From an uncultured bacterium (GTDB lineage: Bacteria > Auribacterota > Erginobacteria > Erginobacterales > Erginobacteraceae), in NCBI GenBank assembly GCA_963822585.1, contig CAWGIE010000019.1, forward strand, positions 384,001 through 448,000: DNA of 64,000 nt. Direction: 5' to 3'. The translations under genes were made by a program, and so were the position numbers. The notes under the pieces were generated by a model. It saw only the letters and a list, made by a program, of their open reading frames with translations. It had not been told where the DNA came from and ran no database searches. The stretch's first letter is position 1, and each line of letters begins with the position of its first letter. Positions 28,626 to 39,400 of the stretch are shown here, in pieces.

Positions 28626-29834
28626 ATGGAGATTAATATGGATAACATACCCCCCAAAAAAGCCGGCAATCCGTCGGCAATAAAAGTGCTGCTGCTCTCT
28701 CTGCTGGTGTTGATTATTGCCGCGGGGATAGCGGTCTGGTTGATTAAGACTACCCCCCATCCGGATGTTCGGCCGCGCCGGGAGCAGGCAGCCCTGATTG
28801 AGGTCAGCCAGCTGCAGGTCAGTGATGAAGCAGTTGTCATCGAATCCTCGGGTACGGTTATCCCGGCCAGCCAGGTTGATCTTCAGGCACAGGTCGCCGG
28901 TCAGGTGGTCATGATTAACCCCTCGTTCATCCCCGGGGGACGGCTCACAGCCGGGGAAGAGGTAATCAAGATCGAGCCGGAGGATTATGAACTGGCCCTA
29001 AAAAAGCAGCAAGCGGAAGTAACCCGAAAAGAGCAGGAATACCTGATGGAGTCGGGACGACAGGATATCGCCCGACATGAATGGTCGCTCTTAAATGACC
29101 AGACGGAAGCAACCGAATTGGACCGCGATCTCGCCCTCCGGCTGCCTCAGCTGAAGCAGGCCGAGGCAGATCTATCCTCGGCCCGCGCTTCCCTCCGCCA
29201 GGCTGAATTGGATCTGTCCCGGACATCAGTTACCGCGCCGTTCAACTCGGTAGTAATCAGCAAGGATGTTGAACTGGGAGATCAGATTACATCCTCGACT
29301 GTTATCGGCAGTCTGGCCGGGACCGATGAGTTCTGGGTCCGTCTGACCCTTCCGGTCTCGGATCTGACCTGGTTTTCCGCCGGACCGGATAAGGAGGGAT
29401 CCCGGGTGATTTTGACACCGACCGGTTCGAATAAAGAAAAGATCAGCTGGGAAGGCCGGGTCATCAGAAAACAAGCCGATCTCGATGAGAAAGGGAGGCT
29501 GGCTCAGATCATCGTCTCGGTTCCCCGGCCCCTCGACAATCCCGATCAACCCCTGCTTCTGGGTATGTACGTTACCGCGAAAATCCAGGGCAAATCCGTT
29601 CCCGGGGTATTCTCCATCCCCCGAACCGCTCTTCGGGGATCGAATGAAGTCTGGCTGGTTAATCCGGATAACCGCCTGGAACTCCACCCGGTAGAGATAG
29701 TCTGGTCCGGACCGGACCGGGTTCTGGTCCGCGACGGCCTGGAGGCCGGGGGAAGCCTGGTCATCAGTGATCTGGCAACACCGGTGGAAGGAATGCTGCT
29801 TAAGGTAGTCTCCGGCGGCGGTGAGGATAGATAG
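28626..29834 (+). CDS. RND periplasmic adaptor subunit
   Basis: N-terminal TM, QVAGQVV, LSRTSVTAPF, LLLGMYV, IPRTALR. Confidence 0.92.
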   Translation: MEINMDNIPPKKAGNPSAIKVLLLSLLVLIIAAGIAVWLIKTTPHPDVRPRREQAALIEVSQLQVSDEAVVIESSGTVIPASQVDLQAQVAGQVVMINPSFIPGGRLTAGEEVIKIEPEDYELALKKQQAEVTRKEQEYLMESGRQDIARHEWSLLNDQTEATELDRDLALRLPQLKQAEADLSSARASLRQAELDLSRTSVTAPFNSVVISKDVELGDQITSSTVIGSLAGTDEFWVRLTLPVSDLTWFSAGPDKEGSRVILTPTGSNKEKISWEGRVIRKQADLDEKGRLAQIIVSVPRPLDNPDQPLLLGMYVTAKIQGKSVPGVFSIPRTALRGSNEVWLVNPDNRLELHPVEIVWSGPDRVLVRDGLEAGGSLVISDLATPVEGMLLKVVSGGGEDR

Positions 29835-32800
29835 TGAACGGTTCTCCACAGCCTGACGACCGCAAAGGGCCGATCGCCTGGATGGTCCGCCACCGGGTCG
29901 CTTCCAACCTGTTGATGCTCACCCTCCTGGGTGGCGGCCTGATCAGCGCTCTCTCGATCAAACAGGAGGTCTTCCCCGATTTCGATATGGACAGGGTGAA
30001 CATCAGTGTCTCCTATCCGGGAGCCAGCCCCGAGGAGATCGAACAGGGGATCATCCTCTCGGTCGAAGAGGCCGTGCGGGGACTGGAAGGGGTGGAAGAG
30101 GTCAGCTCGACCGCCCGGGAAGGAAACGGGACGATCAGTGTCGAACTTTTAGCCGGGGCAAACCAGCAGAAGACCTACCAGGAAATTCAGCAGGAAGTGG
30201 CTCGGATTACCACCTTCCCGGAGGAGGCAGAAGAGCCGAGTGTGGTTTTGGTATCTCATAAACACGGTGTGATCGATCTGGTGCTCCAGGGCAATCTCCC
30301 CGAAACCACTCTCCGGGAATTGGCCGAGGCCACCCGAGACCGCCTCCTCCAGTCCCCGGATATCACCCAGGTTGAGCTGAGCGGAGTCAGGAATTATGAG
30401 ATAGCGATCTCGGTTAGCCGCGACCGGCTCCGCGAGTATAACCTGACCATTCCCGAAATAGCCGCCAAGGTGAGAGCCTCCGCCCTGGATTTAGCCGGCG
30501 GCGGTCTTAAGACCGAGGGGGGCGAGATCCTGGTCCGGTTTCAGGATCGCCGGGATTATGGAAAAGAGTTCGCGGATATCCCGATCATCGCGAGCGAGGC
30601 GGGGGGACAGGTCCTGCTGGGAGATATCGCCGAGATCACCGACGGATTCGAGGATACCGACCGGTTCGCGACCTACAACGGGGAGCCCTGTATTCTTATC
30701 GATGTTTACCGGGTCGGCGATCAGACCCCGATCCAGGTGGCCGACGCGGCCCGACAGGCAATAACGGAACTGAATGAATCTTATCCCCCGGGGGTCGCGA
30801 TCAGTGTTCTCAGGGATCGTTCCGATATCTACCGCCAGCGGGCCCGCCTCCTCCTTATAAACGGATTCACCGGACTGTCCCTGGTTCTGATCCTCCTCGG
30901 CCTCTTTCTCCAGCCCCGGTTAGCCTTCTGGGTGATGATGGGGATTCCGATATCTTTTCTCGGAGCCTTCCTCTTTCTCCCCCGGGTGGATGTTTCCATC
31001 AATATGATCTCGATGTTCGCCTTTATCATCGCCCTGGGGATTGTTGTCGATGACGCCATTGTGGTGGCGGAAAATATCCACGGGTATCTCAAGCGGGGCT
31101 TCACCCCGGTTCGGGCGGCCATCATCGGCACGAAGGAAATGACCACGCCGGTTATCTACAGCGTCCTGACCAATATCGTGGCCTTCTGCCCGCTTCTCTT
31201 TGTGCCCGGCGTGATCGGCAAGATCTGGAAAGTGATTCCGATAGTAGTCATCTCGGTATTCAGTATCTCCCTGATCGAATGCCTCCTGGTACTTCCCTCC
31301 CATCTCTCCCATAAGGGTCTGTTGGGAAAAATCCTGGCCCCGCTTACCCGGCGCCAGGAAGTCTTCAGTTCCTGGTTCTACCAGCTGATCCAAGCGCGCT
31401 ACGCTCCCTTTCTGACCCGGGTCCTCAAGTTCCGTTATCTGGTTGTGGCGGGGGCGATCGCGATCCTGATCCTGGTAGTCGGTTACGTCGCCGGAAAAAG
31501 GATCGGAACCGAACTGATGCCCCGGGTCGAGTCGGATTATTCCATAGTAACCGCGGTCCTTCCCTACGGTTCACCGGTGGAGAGGACCATGAAGATCAGG
31601 GACCGGCTGGTTGCGGCAGGCCAGGCCGTAGCCCGGGAACACGGCGGGGATAAACTTCTTACCGGGATTTACGCTGAGGTGGGCCAGGACTATAACGGGA
31701 TTTCGGGAGGGCATGTCGTCGAGGTCAGGTGCTATTTGACCGATGCCGATATTCGCCCGATCGGGACCCACGAATTCACCAGTCTCTGGCGAGAGGCGGC
31801 GGGAAAGATGCCGGGACTTCAAGCGCTGGTCTTTGAATCCGACCGGGGCGGCCCGGGAGGTGGCCGGGGCATAACCCTGGAGCTCTCCCATGCCGACACC
31901 GGTATTTTAGATCGGGCCGGAACCGAACTGGCCGAAGCCCTGGCTCTCTTCCCGGCGGTCAGCGATATTGACGATGGTTTCGCCGATGGGAAAGTCCAGC
32001 TGGACTTCTCCCTCCTTCCCCAGGGGATCAACCTGGGGTTAACCTCTTCGGAGGTCGCCGCCCAGGTCCGGGGAGCGTATTATGGAACCGAAGCGCTCCG
32101 ACAGCAGCGAGGACGCAATGAGGTCAAGGTCAAGGTCCGCCTCCCCAAAAACGAGAGGGAGTCCGAATACGATCTGGAACGGCTCCTGATCCGGACCCCG
32201 GATGGAATCGATGTCCCCCTGAACGAAGTGGCCCGGATCACCAGGGGACGCGCTTATACCACCATTGAACGGAAGGAAGGCCGCCGCACCGTTCTGGTCT
32301 CCGCCAATGTCTCCCCCGCTTCCGAGGCAGAGAGGATCGCCAATGAGGTAACCGTGAAGATCCTTCCCGATCTGATGAAAAAGTACCCGGGACTTTCCTG
32401 GAGTTACGAGGGGCGCCAGGCCGACTTCCGGGAAGGCAACGCTTCCCTGGGAATGGGTTTTGTCTTCGCGCTCCTGATGATCTACGTTCTGCTCGCCATC
32501 CCTTTCCGGAACTATACCCAGCCGCTGATCGTTATGGTCTCGATCCCCTTCGGTGTGATCGGGGCGGTGATCGGACATATTATCATGGGATACAACCTGA
32601 GCATCATGAGCCTGATGGGTATTGTCGCCCTCTCTGGTGTCGTGGTTAATGACGCCCTGATCCTGATCGACTTCATCAACACGAAAACCGCCGCCGGGAT
32701 GGACGCTGTTGAAGCGATCCATGCCGCCGGGGTCCGCCGTTTCCGTCCGATTCTCCTCACCACCCTGACCACCTTCGGTGGATTGGCGCCGATGATCTTC

Positions 32801-33028
32801 GAGACCTCACGCCAGGCCCGGTTCATGATCCCGATGGCGATCTCGCTCGGCTACGGGATTCTCTTCTCCACCGCGATCACCCTGCTCCTGGTCCCGTCCC
32901 TCTGCCTGATCCGGGAAGATATCGGACGCCTGTTGTCGTGGCGTTTTTACTCTTCCCGGCGGGAAGCTCCGGAAGAGAGGAAGAGCATGGCCCCCGTTTC
33001 TTCCCCGGGAGAGACGGCCGAGCGCTGA
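29834..33028 (+). CDS. AcrB/AcrD/AcrF-family RND permease
   Basis: YPGASPEEIE, LGIVVDDAIVVAENI, LSGVVVNDAL, RRFRPILLTTLTT, PMAISLGYG; 1064 aa. Confidence 0.96.
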   Translation: MNGSPQPDDRKGPIAWMVRHRVASNLLMLTLLGGGLISALSIKQEVFPDFDMDRVNISVSYPGASPEEIEQGIILSVEEAVRGLEGVEEVSSTAREGNGTISVELLAGANQQKTYQEIQQEVARITTFPEEAEEPSVVLVSHKHGVIDLVLQGNLPETTLRELAEATRDRLLQSPDITQVELSGVRNYEIAISVSRDRLREYNLTIPEIAAKVRASALDLAGGGLKTEGGEILVRFQDRRDYGKEFADIPIIASEAGGQVLLGDIAEITDGFEDTDRFATYNGEPCILIDVYRVGDQTPIQVADAARQAITELNESYPPGVAISVLRDRSDIYRQRARLLLINGFTGLSLVLILLGLFLQPRLAFWVMMGIPISFLGAFLFLPRVDVSINMISMFAFIIALGIVVDDAIVVAENIHGYLKRGFTPVRAAIIGTKEMTTPVIYSVLTNIVAFCPLLFVPGVIGKIWKVIPIVVISVFSISLIECLLVLPSHLSHKGLLGKILAPLTRRQEVFSSWFYQLIQARYAPFLTRVLKFRYLVVAGAIAILILVVGYVAGKRIGTELMPRVESDYSIVTAVLPYGSPVERTMKIRDRLVAAGQAVAREHGGDKLLTGIYAEVGQDYNGISGGHVVEVRCYLTDADIRPIGTHEFTSLWREAAGKMPGLQALVFESDRGGPGGGRGITLELSHADTGILDRAGTELAEALALFPAVSDIDDGFADGKVQLDFSLLPQGINLGLTSSEVAAQVRGAYYGTEALRQQRGRNEVKVKVRLPKNERESEYDLERLLIRTPDGIDVPLNEVARITRGRAYTTIERKEGRRTVLVSANVSPASEAERIANEVTVKILPDLMKKYPGLSWSYEGRQADFREGNASLGMGFVFALLMIYVLLAIPFRNYTQPLIVMVSIPFGVIGAVIGHIIMGYNLSIMSLMGIVALSGVVVNDALILIDFINTKTAAGMDAVEAIHAAGVRRFRPILLTTLTTFGGLAPMIFETSRQARFMIPMAISLGYGILFSTAITLLLVPSLCLIREDIGRLLSWRFYSSRREAPEERKSMAPVSSPGETAER

Positions 33029-33086
33029 AGACCGGGGCGGCAATAAAGTCAGAACCGGAAGCGGTCGGGTCGGCGGTGAGGACCGG

Positions 33087-34944
33087 TCACTCGTTCTCTT
33101 CCGAATCGGCGGCTACCTGCCGGAGCACCCCGATAAACTCCCCGGGGGTTTGAGCCTCCCGCAACCTTTCCCTGACCCGGTTGTTTCCGAGCACATGGGC
33201 GGCGACGGCGAGAAGCTGCAGATGCTCGGAGGGGTCGCGCGCGCAGGTAAGCATGAGGAGAAACAAATTACAGGGCAGGTAGTCCGTCGATCCGAATTCC
33301 ACTCCTTCCGGATGCCGGCCGAAAACCAGTACCGGCCGGTCGAGACCCATCAAGCGGCAATGGGGAATTGCCACTCCGTGACCCATCCCGGTCGAGTTGA
33401 GGTGTTCCCTTTCGCCCAGTACCTGCAGGGCCTGGGCGAGATCGATGTGCTGATCGGTGGCGGCCCGGGCGTGAAAGACAAGCTCCTTGATCACATCCTG
33501 CTTGGTTTTTCCTTTCAGGTCGAGTTTCACGAAATCTTCGGAGAGATATTCGAGGAGACGAGCCGCGGACTGGGAGAGACCGGCCCGCGGGGTGGGACGC
33601 ATCATCTCCTCTTCTTCCCCCGCCACCCAGCTCCGCCAGCGTCGGAGCCCCCGGTCCACCAGAAAAACCCCTACCACCTCGAAGAAGACAATGGCCGGAA
33701 GTATGACGGCAACGATCTCGGGGCGGCCCAGAACCGCCCCGGCATATACCGCCTCCACCGCCGCCACCCCGGCCTGCGGGAGCATCAGGCTCGGAAGGCA
33801 GGCGGTGATCTTCCTCTCCTCTTTCATGATCCGGCAGCCAAGCCAGGTTCCGAAGATCTTTCCCGTCATCCGGGTGACCACGTACATCCCCGCCATCCAG
33901 GCCAGTCCGCGACCGAGAAGAGAGAGGTCGATGCTGGACCCGATCAGGGCGAAAAAGCCGAGATTGAGAACCGGGGTAATGTTCTCGATCTTTAAGGAAT
34001 CGAATATAGCGTGGGAGTGAAAGTTGGCGACCAGGAACCCGGCGAAGGCGGCGGTGATAAGGAAAGGCCAGTGGTTATAATAGACGATACCGGCGCCCAG
34101 GGAGACCGCCCCCATGACAATGAGAAAGATCTCGGCCGAGGGAGACGGGTGCTCGGCCAGGACGCGCTGCAGGAAACCCTCGTCCCGGTGGACGCGTTCC
34201 GATTCTACCTCCAGGCTGTTCGCCCGGCGGCGGACCAGCAGACGGAGAACGAAATAGATCGCCCCTCCCGCCAGGGCCGCGAGGGCCACTTCCTTCCCCA
34301 CCTCCATGATAATGCTTATCCCCCCCCCCGGCAGCGGGGTGAAGCTTCCGGAGTGAAATCTGGAGCAGGAGGGAGAATACGATGACCTCGATCAGGTCGT
34401 CGAGGACGACGACACTCCCCAGAACATGGCGAAGACGACCTTCGATCCGGAGCTGATTCATCAGAACGAAAGTCACCGCCGGAGCGGTGGCGATCCCGAT
34501 CGACCCGATCAGGAGGGCGTCCACGATTTTCAGCCCGGCCAGGATATAAAAGGCGGTGGAGATGGAGAGCCAGGTGATACCGGCCTGGATGAGGCAGATG
34601 ACGAGAGCCGAGTGTCCGACCCTCCTGATCCGGCTGATATGGAGTTCCTCGCCGATACCGAAAGCCACCACGCTCAAAAAGACAAAGATGAAAAAATGAA
34701 AAGCGTGCAGGGCGTTGTCATAGAGACCGCCGGTGGCGCCGGGGAGAACACCCGCCAGGTGGAGGGCGTAAGGTCCGACCAGGGCCCCGCCGATGAGCTG
34801 TCCGGTGACTTCCGAAAGCCGCAGGCGGATGAAAAGTTTTCCCCCGAGATGGGCGGCCAGGATGACCAGTCCCAGGGCCATCATCTGGACGGCAACCTGA
34901 GCGCCGGGCAGGGAAGCGGCTGCGCTGGCAACGGTTTCGGGCAC
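33087..34944 (-). CDS. CPA2/Kef-type cation:proton antiporter fused to a C-terminal PTS EIIA domain; frameshifted at a 10-nt homopolymer (34320-34329)
   Basis: 5' part: GQLIGGALVGP, FGIGEEL, IATAPAVT, VVVLDD. 3' part: FFALIG, PQAGVA, then EIIA EREHLNSTGMGHGVAIPHCR. Nine G instead of ten joins AAGGG to ISIIMEVGKEV. Confidence 0.88.
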
Positions 34945-35087
34945 TGAAGGGGTTCCTCCTTCTCTTCGGTCTCCGCACGAAACTTCGGTGTGAGGGAATT
35001 ATAATAACGGCAGGCGGAAACGGGAAGGAAAAACGTCGGGCGGGGAAAGAAGCATTCAGACCACGGGGAAGAATCCGCGCGAAAAGG

Positions 35088-35123
35088 AAAAGGCCCGCCG
35101 GATGCTCCCCGGCGGGCCTTTTC
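35088..35123 (-). terminator. Intrinsic terminator-like hairpin after the EF-hand gene
   Basis: GAAAAGGCCCGCCGG-atgctcc-CCGGCGGGCCTTTTC. Confidence 0.7.
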
Positions 35124-35138
35124 CGCACACGCGGCAGC

Positions 35139-35435
35139 TCAGTCTTCCGTGTCTCCGCCTCTTCTTTTTCTCTCTTTGCTCTTACTACGTCCTGATGAGT
35201 CCCAGGACGCTTTTATCTCATCCTCGGTAATGAATCCGTTACCATCGGCATCCAGTTCCGTGAACCGTTCGCTGTAATAAGCGGTCCACTCGTCTTTGGA
35301 TACTTTCCCGTCCTTATCGGTATCCATCTTCTCCAGCCGGTTTGATCCCCTTTCCTCTTTGGCTTTGGCCGGTATGATGACAACAAAAAGCGCCGCCAGC
35401 GCCAGAGCCAACACCGTCCACATTTTCATCTTCAC
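35139..35435 (-). CDS. Small secreted protein with two EF-hands
   Basis: AGGAGG then GTG(35435)/ATG(35429), signal peptide, DTDKDGKVSKDE and DADGNGFITEDE loops. Confidence 0.85.
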   Translation of the reverse strand: MKMKMWTVLALALAALFVVIIPAKAKEERGSNRLEKMDTDKDGKVSKDEWTAYYSERFTELDADGNGFITEDEIKASWDSSGRSKSKERKRRGGDTED

Positions 35436-35756
35436 GCTTCCTCCTTTTTTGACCGGACATCGTTTTAGACGTCTATGATTGAAACGAACTGGGTTTTCAG
35501 TGTCTGGAAATCCACAGCTGATTTTTAACCCTGTCATAGATAATAATCACCGGGTGGTTATAAATAATTATGATTCTCTTCTATTTTATGTGGGTAAAAG
35601 CTCTATATGAGTCATTCAGACTGTGTCGCAATTACTATTCTAGCCGGTTTTACTGTCAATGACATATTTTGTCCAACCCACACAAAATAGAAGAGAACCA
35701 TAATTATAAAAGAGAAGGGTGGAACAATTACCATCGACGACCGATGACAGCGGCTC

Positions 35757-36224
35757 TCAGATATGTTTTTTCGCCGCCCGGACGGCATTCTCGATCCCTT
35801 CGTACCCGGTGCAGCGGCAGAGGTTGCTCTCCAGCCAGGAACGAACCGTCTCCCGGTCCGGATCGGGATGGGCCCGGAGAAGAGCATAGGCGTTGACGAT
35901 GAAACCCGGTGTGCAGAAGCCGCACTGGAACCCCGCTTCTGCCATAAAAGCTTTCTGGATCGCCGTCCCGGAGAGACCTTCGATAGTGGTGATCTCAGCC
36001 CCTTCCGTCTCCACCGCCAGGATCATGCATGACTTGACCGGCTTCCCGTCCAGCAGCACCGTACAGGCTCCGCAGTCCCCGTTTTCACAGGCCGCCTTGG
36101 CCCCCGTCAGACCCAAGTTGTCGCGCAGAACGTGGAGCAGCGTGTCGGCGGGGCGAACCGCGGCTTCCCGCTCCGTCCCATTCACGTTCAGATGGATGAC
36201 AACGGTATCCCGATAAGTGATCAT
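35757..36224 (-). CDS. 2Fe-2S subunit of a xanthine dehydrogenase-family enzyme (CoxS/XdhC-like)
   Basis: CENGDCGACTV...SC, QCGFCTPG, NLCRCTGY. ATGA overlap at 36221-36224. Confidence 0.95.
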   Translation of the reverse strand: MITYRDTVVIHLNVNGTEREAAVRPADTLLHVLRDNLGLTGAKAACENGDCGACTVLLDGKPVKSCMILAVETEGAEITTIEGLSGTAIQKAFMAEAGFQCGFCTPGFIVNAYALLRAHPDPDRETVRSWLESNLCRCTGYEGIENAVRAAKKHI

Positions 36225-37054
36225 CCGGCGCCTCCCAGCGCATCCAGAGCCTCGCCGACGCATCTTTCCAGGAGCATCCGGCGATAGCGGGCCGAACTAC
36301 GCATGTCGTTTATTATTTCGTGAGGAACCGCCTCGATGACAAGCCGGGGCCGATCCGCCGGCAAAATGGATGGATCGTTCAGGACCGTTTCCGCTTCCGC
36401 TGAACGGAGCGGAAAACCGAACGCCCCCGTTACCGCCATCCGGAGACCGCCGTTTGCCTTGAGAAAGCAGGCCGTCAGCAGGGGATAATCCACCCTGGTC
36501 TTTCTCACCCGGCGGCGGTAAAACCAGGGCTGGGCGGACGCCGCGGCCGGGACACGCAGGTCTACCAGCAGTTCTCCCTTTTCGAGCAGGAGGCGCCGGG
36601 AGAAGACATCGGCCAGCGGCACCAGCCGCTCTCCCCCGGCCCCAGCCAGCCGGGCCCGGGCCTCCGCCAGGAGAAGAGGAAGGACCGTTTCCCGATACGG
36701 CAGCCGGCCGGCGATGTTGCCGCCCAGGGTAAGGCGGTTGCGCACGGTGTGGTCGACGATCGAGGCGGCCCGGGCCAGGAACGGGAAGACGCCGCTCTCG
36801 ATGACCTCGTTCAGCGTCAGCGCCGCGCCCAGGATGATCTCATCCCCCTCCCGGGAAAGGCGGCGGCATTCAGAGACGCGCTTGATGTCAATCAGGGCGC
36901 CCGGTTCGATCTTGCCGCGGCGGCAGAAAGTCGTGATCTCGGTCCCTCCGGCCAGATAAAGGGGTCGAAGATCCTCGTTCTCCGCCCGGGCGCCGGCCTC
37001 GACCGCCTCGGCCAGATTCTCCGGACGATAATAAATAAAATTGAAGGGTATCAT
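36221..37054 (-). CDS. FAD-binding subunit (CoxM/XdhB-like)
   Basis: YLAGGTE, LIDIK, LGAALTL, VRNRLTLGGNI. ATGA overlap at 37051-37054. Confidence 0.93.
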   Translation of the reverse strand: MIPFNFIYYRPENLAEAVEAGARAENEDLRPLYLAGGTEITTFCRRGKIEPGALIDIKRVSECRRLSREGDEIILGAALTLNEVIESGVFPFLARAASIVDHTVRNRLTLGGNIAGRLPYRETVLPLLLAEARARLAGAGGERLVPLADVFSRRLLLEKGELLVDLRVPAAASAQPWFYRRRVRKTRVDYPLLTACFLKANGGLRMAVTGAFGFPLRSAEAETVLNDPSILPADRPRLVIEAVPHEIINDMRSSARYRRMLLERCVGEALDALGGAG

Positions 37055-39384
37055 TCTTCCCCTTCCTTCTGGAGTTTGGTCCATACCTTTTCGGGCGTGA
37101 TCGGGAGAGAGTCGACCGGCCGGCCGATCGCCCGGGAAACCGCGTTGGCCAGCGCCCCGGGGATGCCGAGGACCCCTTGTTCCCCCAATCCCCGGGCCCC
37201 GCAGGGGCCGTCCATCTGCGGTGTCTCGACAAAGGAAACTTCATACTCGGGCTGTTCACCGAAGCGGGGGGTCTTGAAATCACGGAGCTGAAAATTAAGA
37301 GGGCGGCCTTTCCCGTCGAAGACAAACCCCTCCGTGGTGGAGAAGCCGAGGGCCATCCCCATGGCGCCGACCACGTTGCCCCGGGCCAGCAGGGGGTTGA
37401 CGACTTTTCCCACGTCCATGGCGCAGACAGCCTTCAGCACCTCGTAGGAGCTGTCGGTCAGGTCCACTTCGACCTCAACCGCCTCGACACCCAGGGTCCA
37501 TTCCAGCGCCGGGCTTCCCTCACCGGTCTCCGGGTCGAGGCCGGTCAATCCCCGCGAGATGTACCGGCCCCGGCCGATAACCTGGCCCCCGATGCTCCGG
37601 CCGTCGGGGTATTGATAGCCGAGAACAACCTCCCCCAACGGGAATCCGCGTTCCGGATCGTCCCGGAGGAAAACCCGTCCCCCGGCGACTTCCAGGTCTT
37701 CCTCCGGGCAACGGAGGGGTGCCGCGGCGATCTTCTTTATCTGCCGGATGGCGTCGCGGGCCGCCTGCTGGGCCGACCGGCCGGCCATGAAGAGCGACCG
37801 GCTGGCCGCTGTCGCCCAGTCATGCGGAGAGAGGCGCGTATTAATCTCGAAGTTGACGTGAACTTTATCCGGGGTATCCCGGAAGCAATCCGCCACGATC
37901 TGGGCTATGCCCGCGTAGGTCCCCTGTCCGATCTCGAGGATGCCGGAGCTGAGATTGATGCTGCCGTCGCCGTTGAAAGTGAGAATCACCCCGGCCCCGG
38001 CGTTGGTGGGCATCGCCGGCGCCTTCCAGAAACAGCTTATTCCTTTCGCCCGTATCCGGTTCCGGCCGAGCTCGATCCGGGAACCTTCCTCCCAGCGGAT
38101 CATCTTCGCCGCCCGCCGGATGCACTCCGGCAGGTCGCCGGTGCTGGGATCCATCACCGACCGGGTCGGTGAGGTATCTCCGGGGCGAATGGCGTTCAGG
38201 ATCCGCAATTCCACCGGATCCATCCCCAGCCTATCGGCCAGGGCGTCCATCGCTCGTTCGATGGGGATGATGACTTCGTGGCCGAAGCCGCGGTAAGCGG
38301 ATGCGAAGGGACGATTGGTATACACGCAGAGGGAGTCGGCCTTCACGTTGGGTACCCGATACGGACCGGTGCAGGCGATGGCGCCGGCCCGGCTGACGTT
38401 AACCGCGTAATCGGCGTAGGCACCGGTGTCAAAAAGATAGAGGAGGTCCATGGCGACCAGCCGGCCGTCTTTCCGGGCGCCCAGCTTCACCTTCGCCTGC
38501 AGCCCGATGTGCCCCGGGGAGGAGAGGAGATCCTGTTCCCGGCTGTTCGCCACCCGGACCGGTCTCCCTCCCACTGACTTCGAAAGGAGGTAGGCGAGCG
38601 CCTCCAGCTGGATCCCCGCCTTTCCCCCGTATCCTCCTCCCACGGGAGGGGTGACAATCACGATCTTGCCCGGGGGGATAGCGAAGAAAGCGCTCAGTAG
38701 CGCGCGCACCACGAAAGGCGCCTGGGTCGATGAACGGATGACCACGGTTCCGTCGGCCAGGATTTCCGCGATCGATACCCTCGGTTCCATCGCCGCGTGG
38801 TCGCCCGGGGGGAAACTGAACTCCTGTTCGACGACGATAGCCGCCTCCGCGAAACCGGCCTCGATGTCCCCTTTCCGGATCTTCGTCCGGTTGGCGACGT
38901 TTGAACCGGGCTCGGGCTGCATGGCGGAAATGTGGGAGTAGGATTTCATATCCTCATGGATCAGGGGAGCACCGGGGGCGATGGCTTCTTCCGGGTGATG
39001 AATAACCGGCAACGGCCGGTACTCGACCCGGATCAGGCGGGCGGCCGCTTCCGCGCGGCAGGGGGTGTCGGCGACCACCGCCGCCACCGGCTCGCCGAAG
39101 TGACGGACCTTTCCCCGGGCTAGGGGTGATTTATCGCCGAGATAGAGGCCGAGCAGGATGTTGAAATCAGCTCCGGTCACCACCCTGATGACACCGGGAG
39201 CCTTCTCCGCCGAAGAGGTATCGATGGAGACGATAGCGGCATGGGCGTGGGGACTGGACACGAAGGCCGCGTGAAGGGTCCCCGGTGGATGGAGATCGTC
39301 CGTATACCGGGTCCGCCCGTGGACTTTATCCGGACCGTCCGGGCGGGGGTATGACTGCCCGACTGCGGGTTTATCTTCCCTCAT
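37051..39384 (-). CDS. Molybdopterin-binding subunit, xanthine dehydrogenase family (start uncertain)
   Basis: HAAMEP, STQAPF, VGGGYGGK, AYRGFG loop, EIGQG, TAASRS, ARGLGEQG (catalytic Glu). Confidence 0.93.
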   Translation of the reverse strand: MREDKPAVGQSYPRPDGPDKVHGRTRYTDDLHPPGTLHAAFVSSPHAHAAIVSIDTSSAEKAPGVIRVVTGADFNILLGLYLGDKSPLARGKVRHFGEPVAAVVADTPCRAEAAARLIRVEYRPLPVIHHPEEAIAPGAPLIHEDMKSYSHISAMQPEPGSNVANRTKIRKGDIEAGFAEAAIVVEQEFSFPPGDHAAMEPRVSIAEILADGTVVIRSSTQAPFVVRALLSAFFAIPPGKIVIVTPPVGGGYGGKAGIQLEALAYLLSKSVGGRPVRVANSREQDLLSSPGHIGLQAKVKLGARKDGRLVAMDLLYLFDTGAYADYAVNVSRAGAIACTGPYRVPNVKADSLCVYTNRPFASAYRGFGHEVIIPIERAMDALADRLGMDPVELRILNAIRPGDTSPTRSVMDPSTGDLPECIRRAAKMIRWEEGSRIELGRNRIRAKGISCFWKAPAMPTNAGAGVILTFNGDGSINLSSGILEIGQGTYAGIAQIVADCFRDTPDKVHVNFEINTRLSPHDWATAASRSLFMAGRSAQQAARDAIRQIKKIAAAPLRCPEEDLEVAGGRVFLRDDPERGFPLGEVVLGYQYPDGRSIGGQVIGRGRYISRGLTGLDPETGEGSPALEWTLGVEAVEVEVDLTDSSYEVLKAVCAMDVGKVVNPLLARGNVVGAMGMALGFSTTEGFVFDGKGRPLNFQLRDFKTPRFGEQPEYEVSFVETPQMDGPCGARGLGEQGVLGIPGALANAVSRAIGRPVDSLPITPEKVWTKLQKEGEE

Positions 39385-39400
39385 TATCCTGCCCCCGGCA

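Noticed and set aside
37051..39384. Aerobic CO dehydrogenase CoxL
   Set aside because: The active-site loop is AYRGFG, not AYxCSFR, and no cox accessory genes are present.
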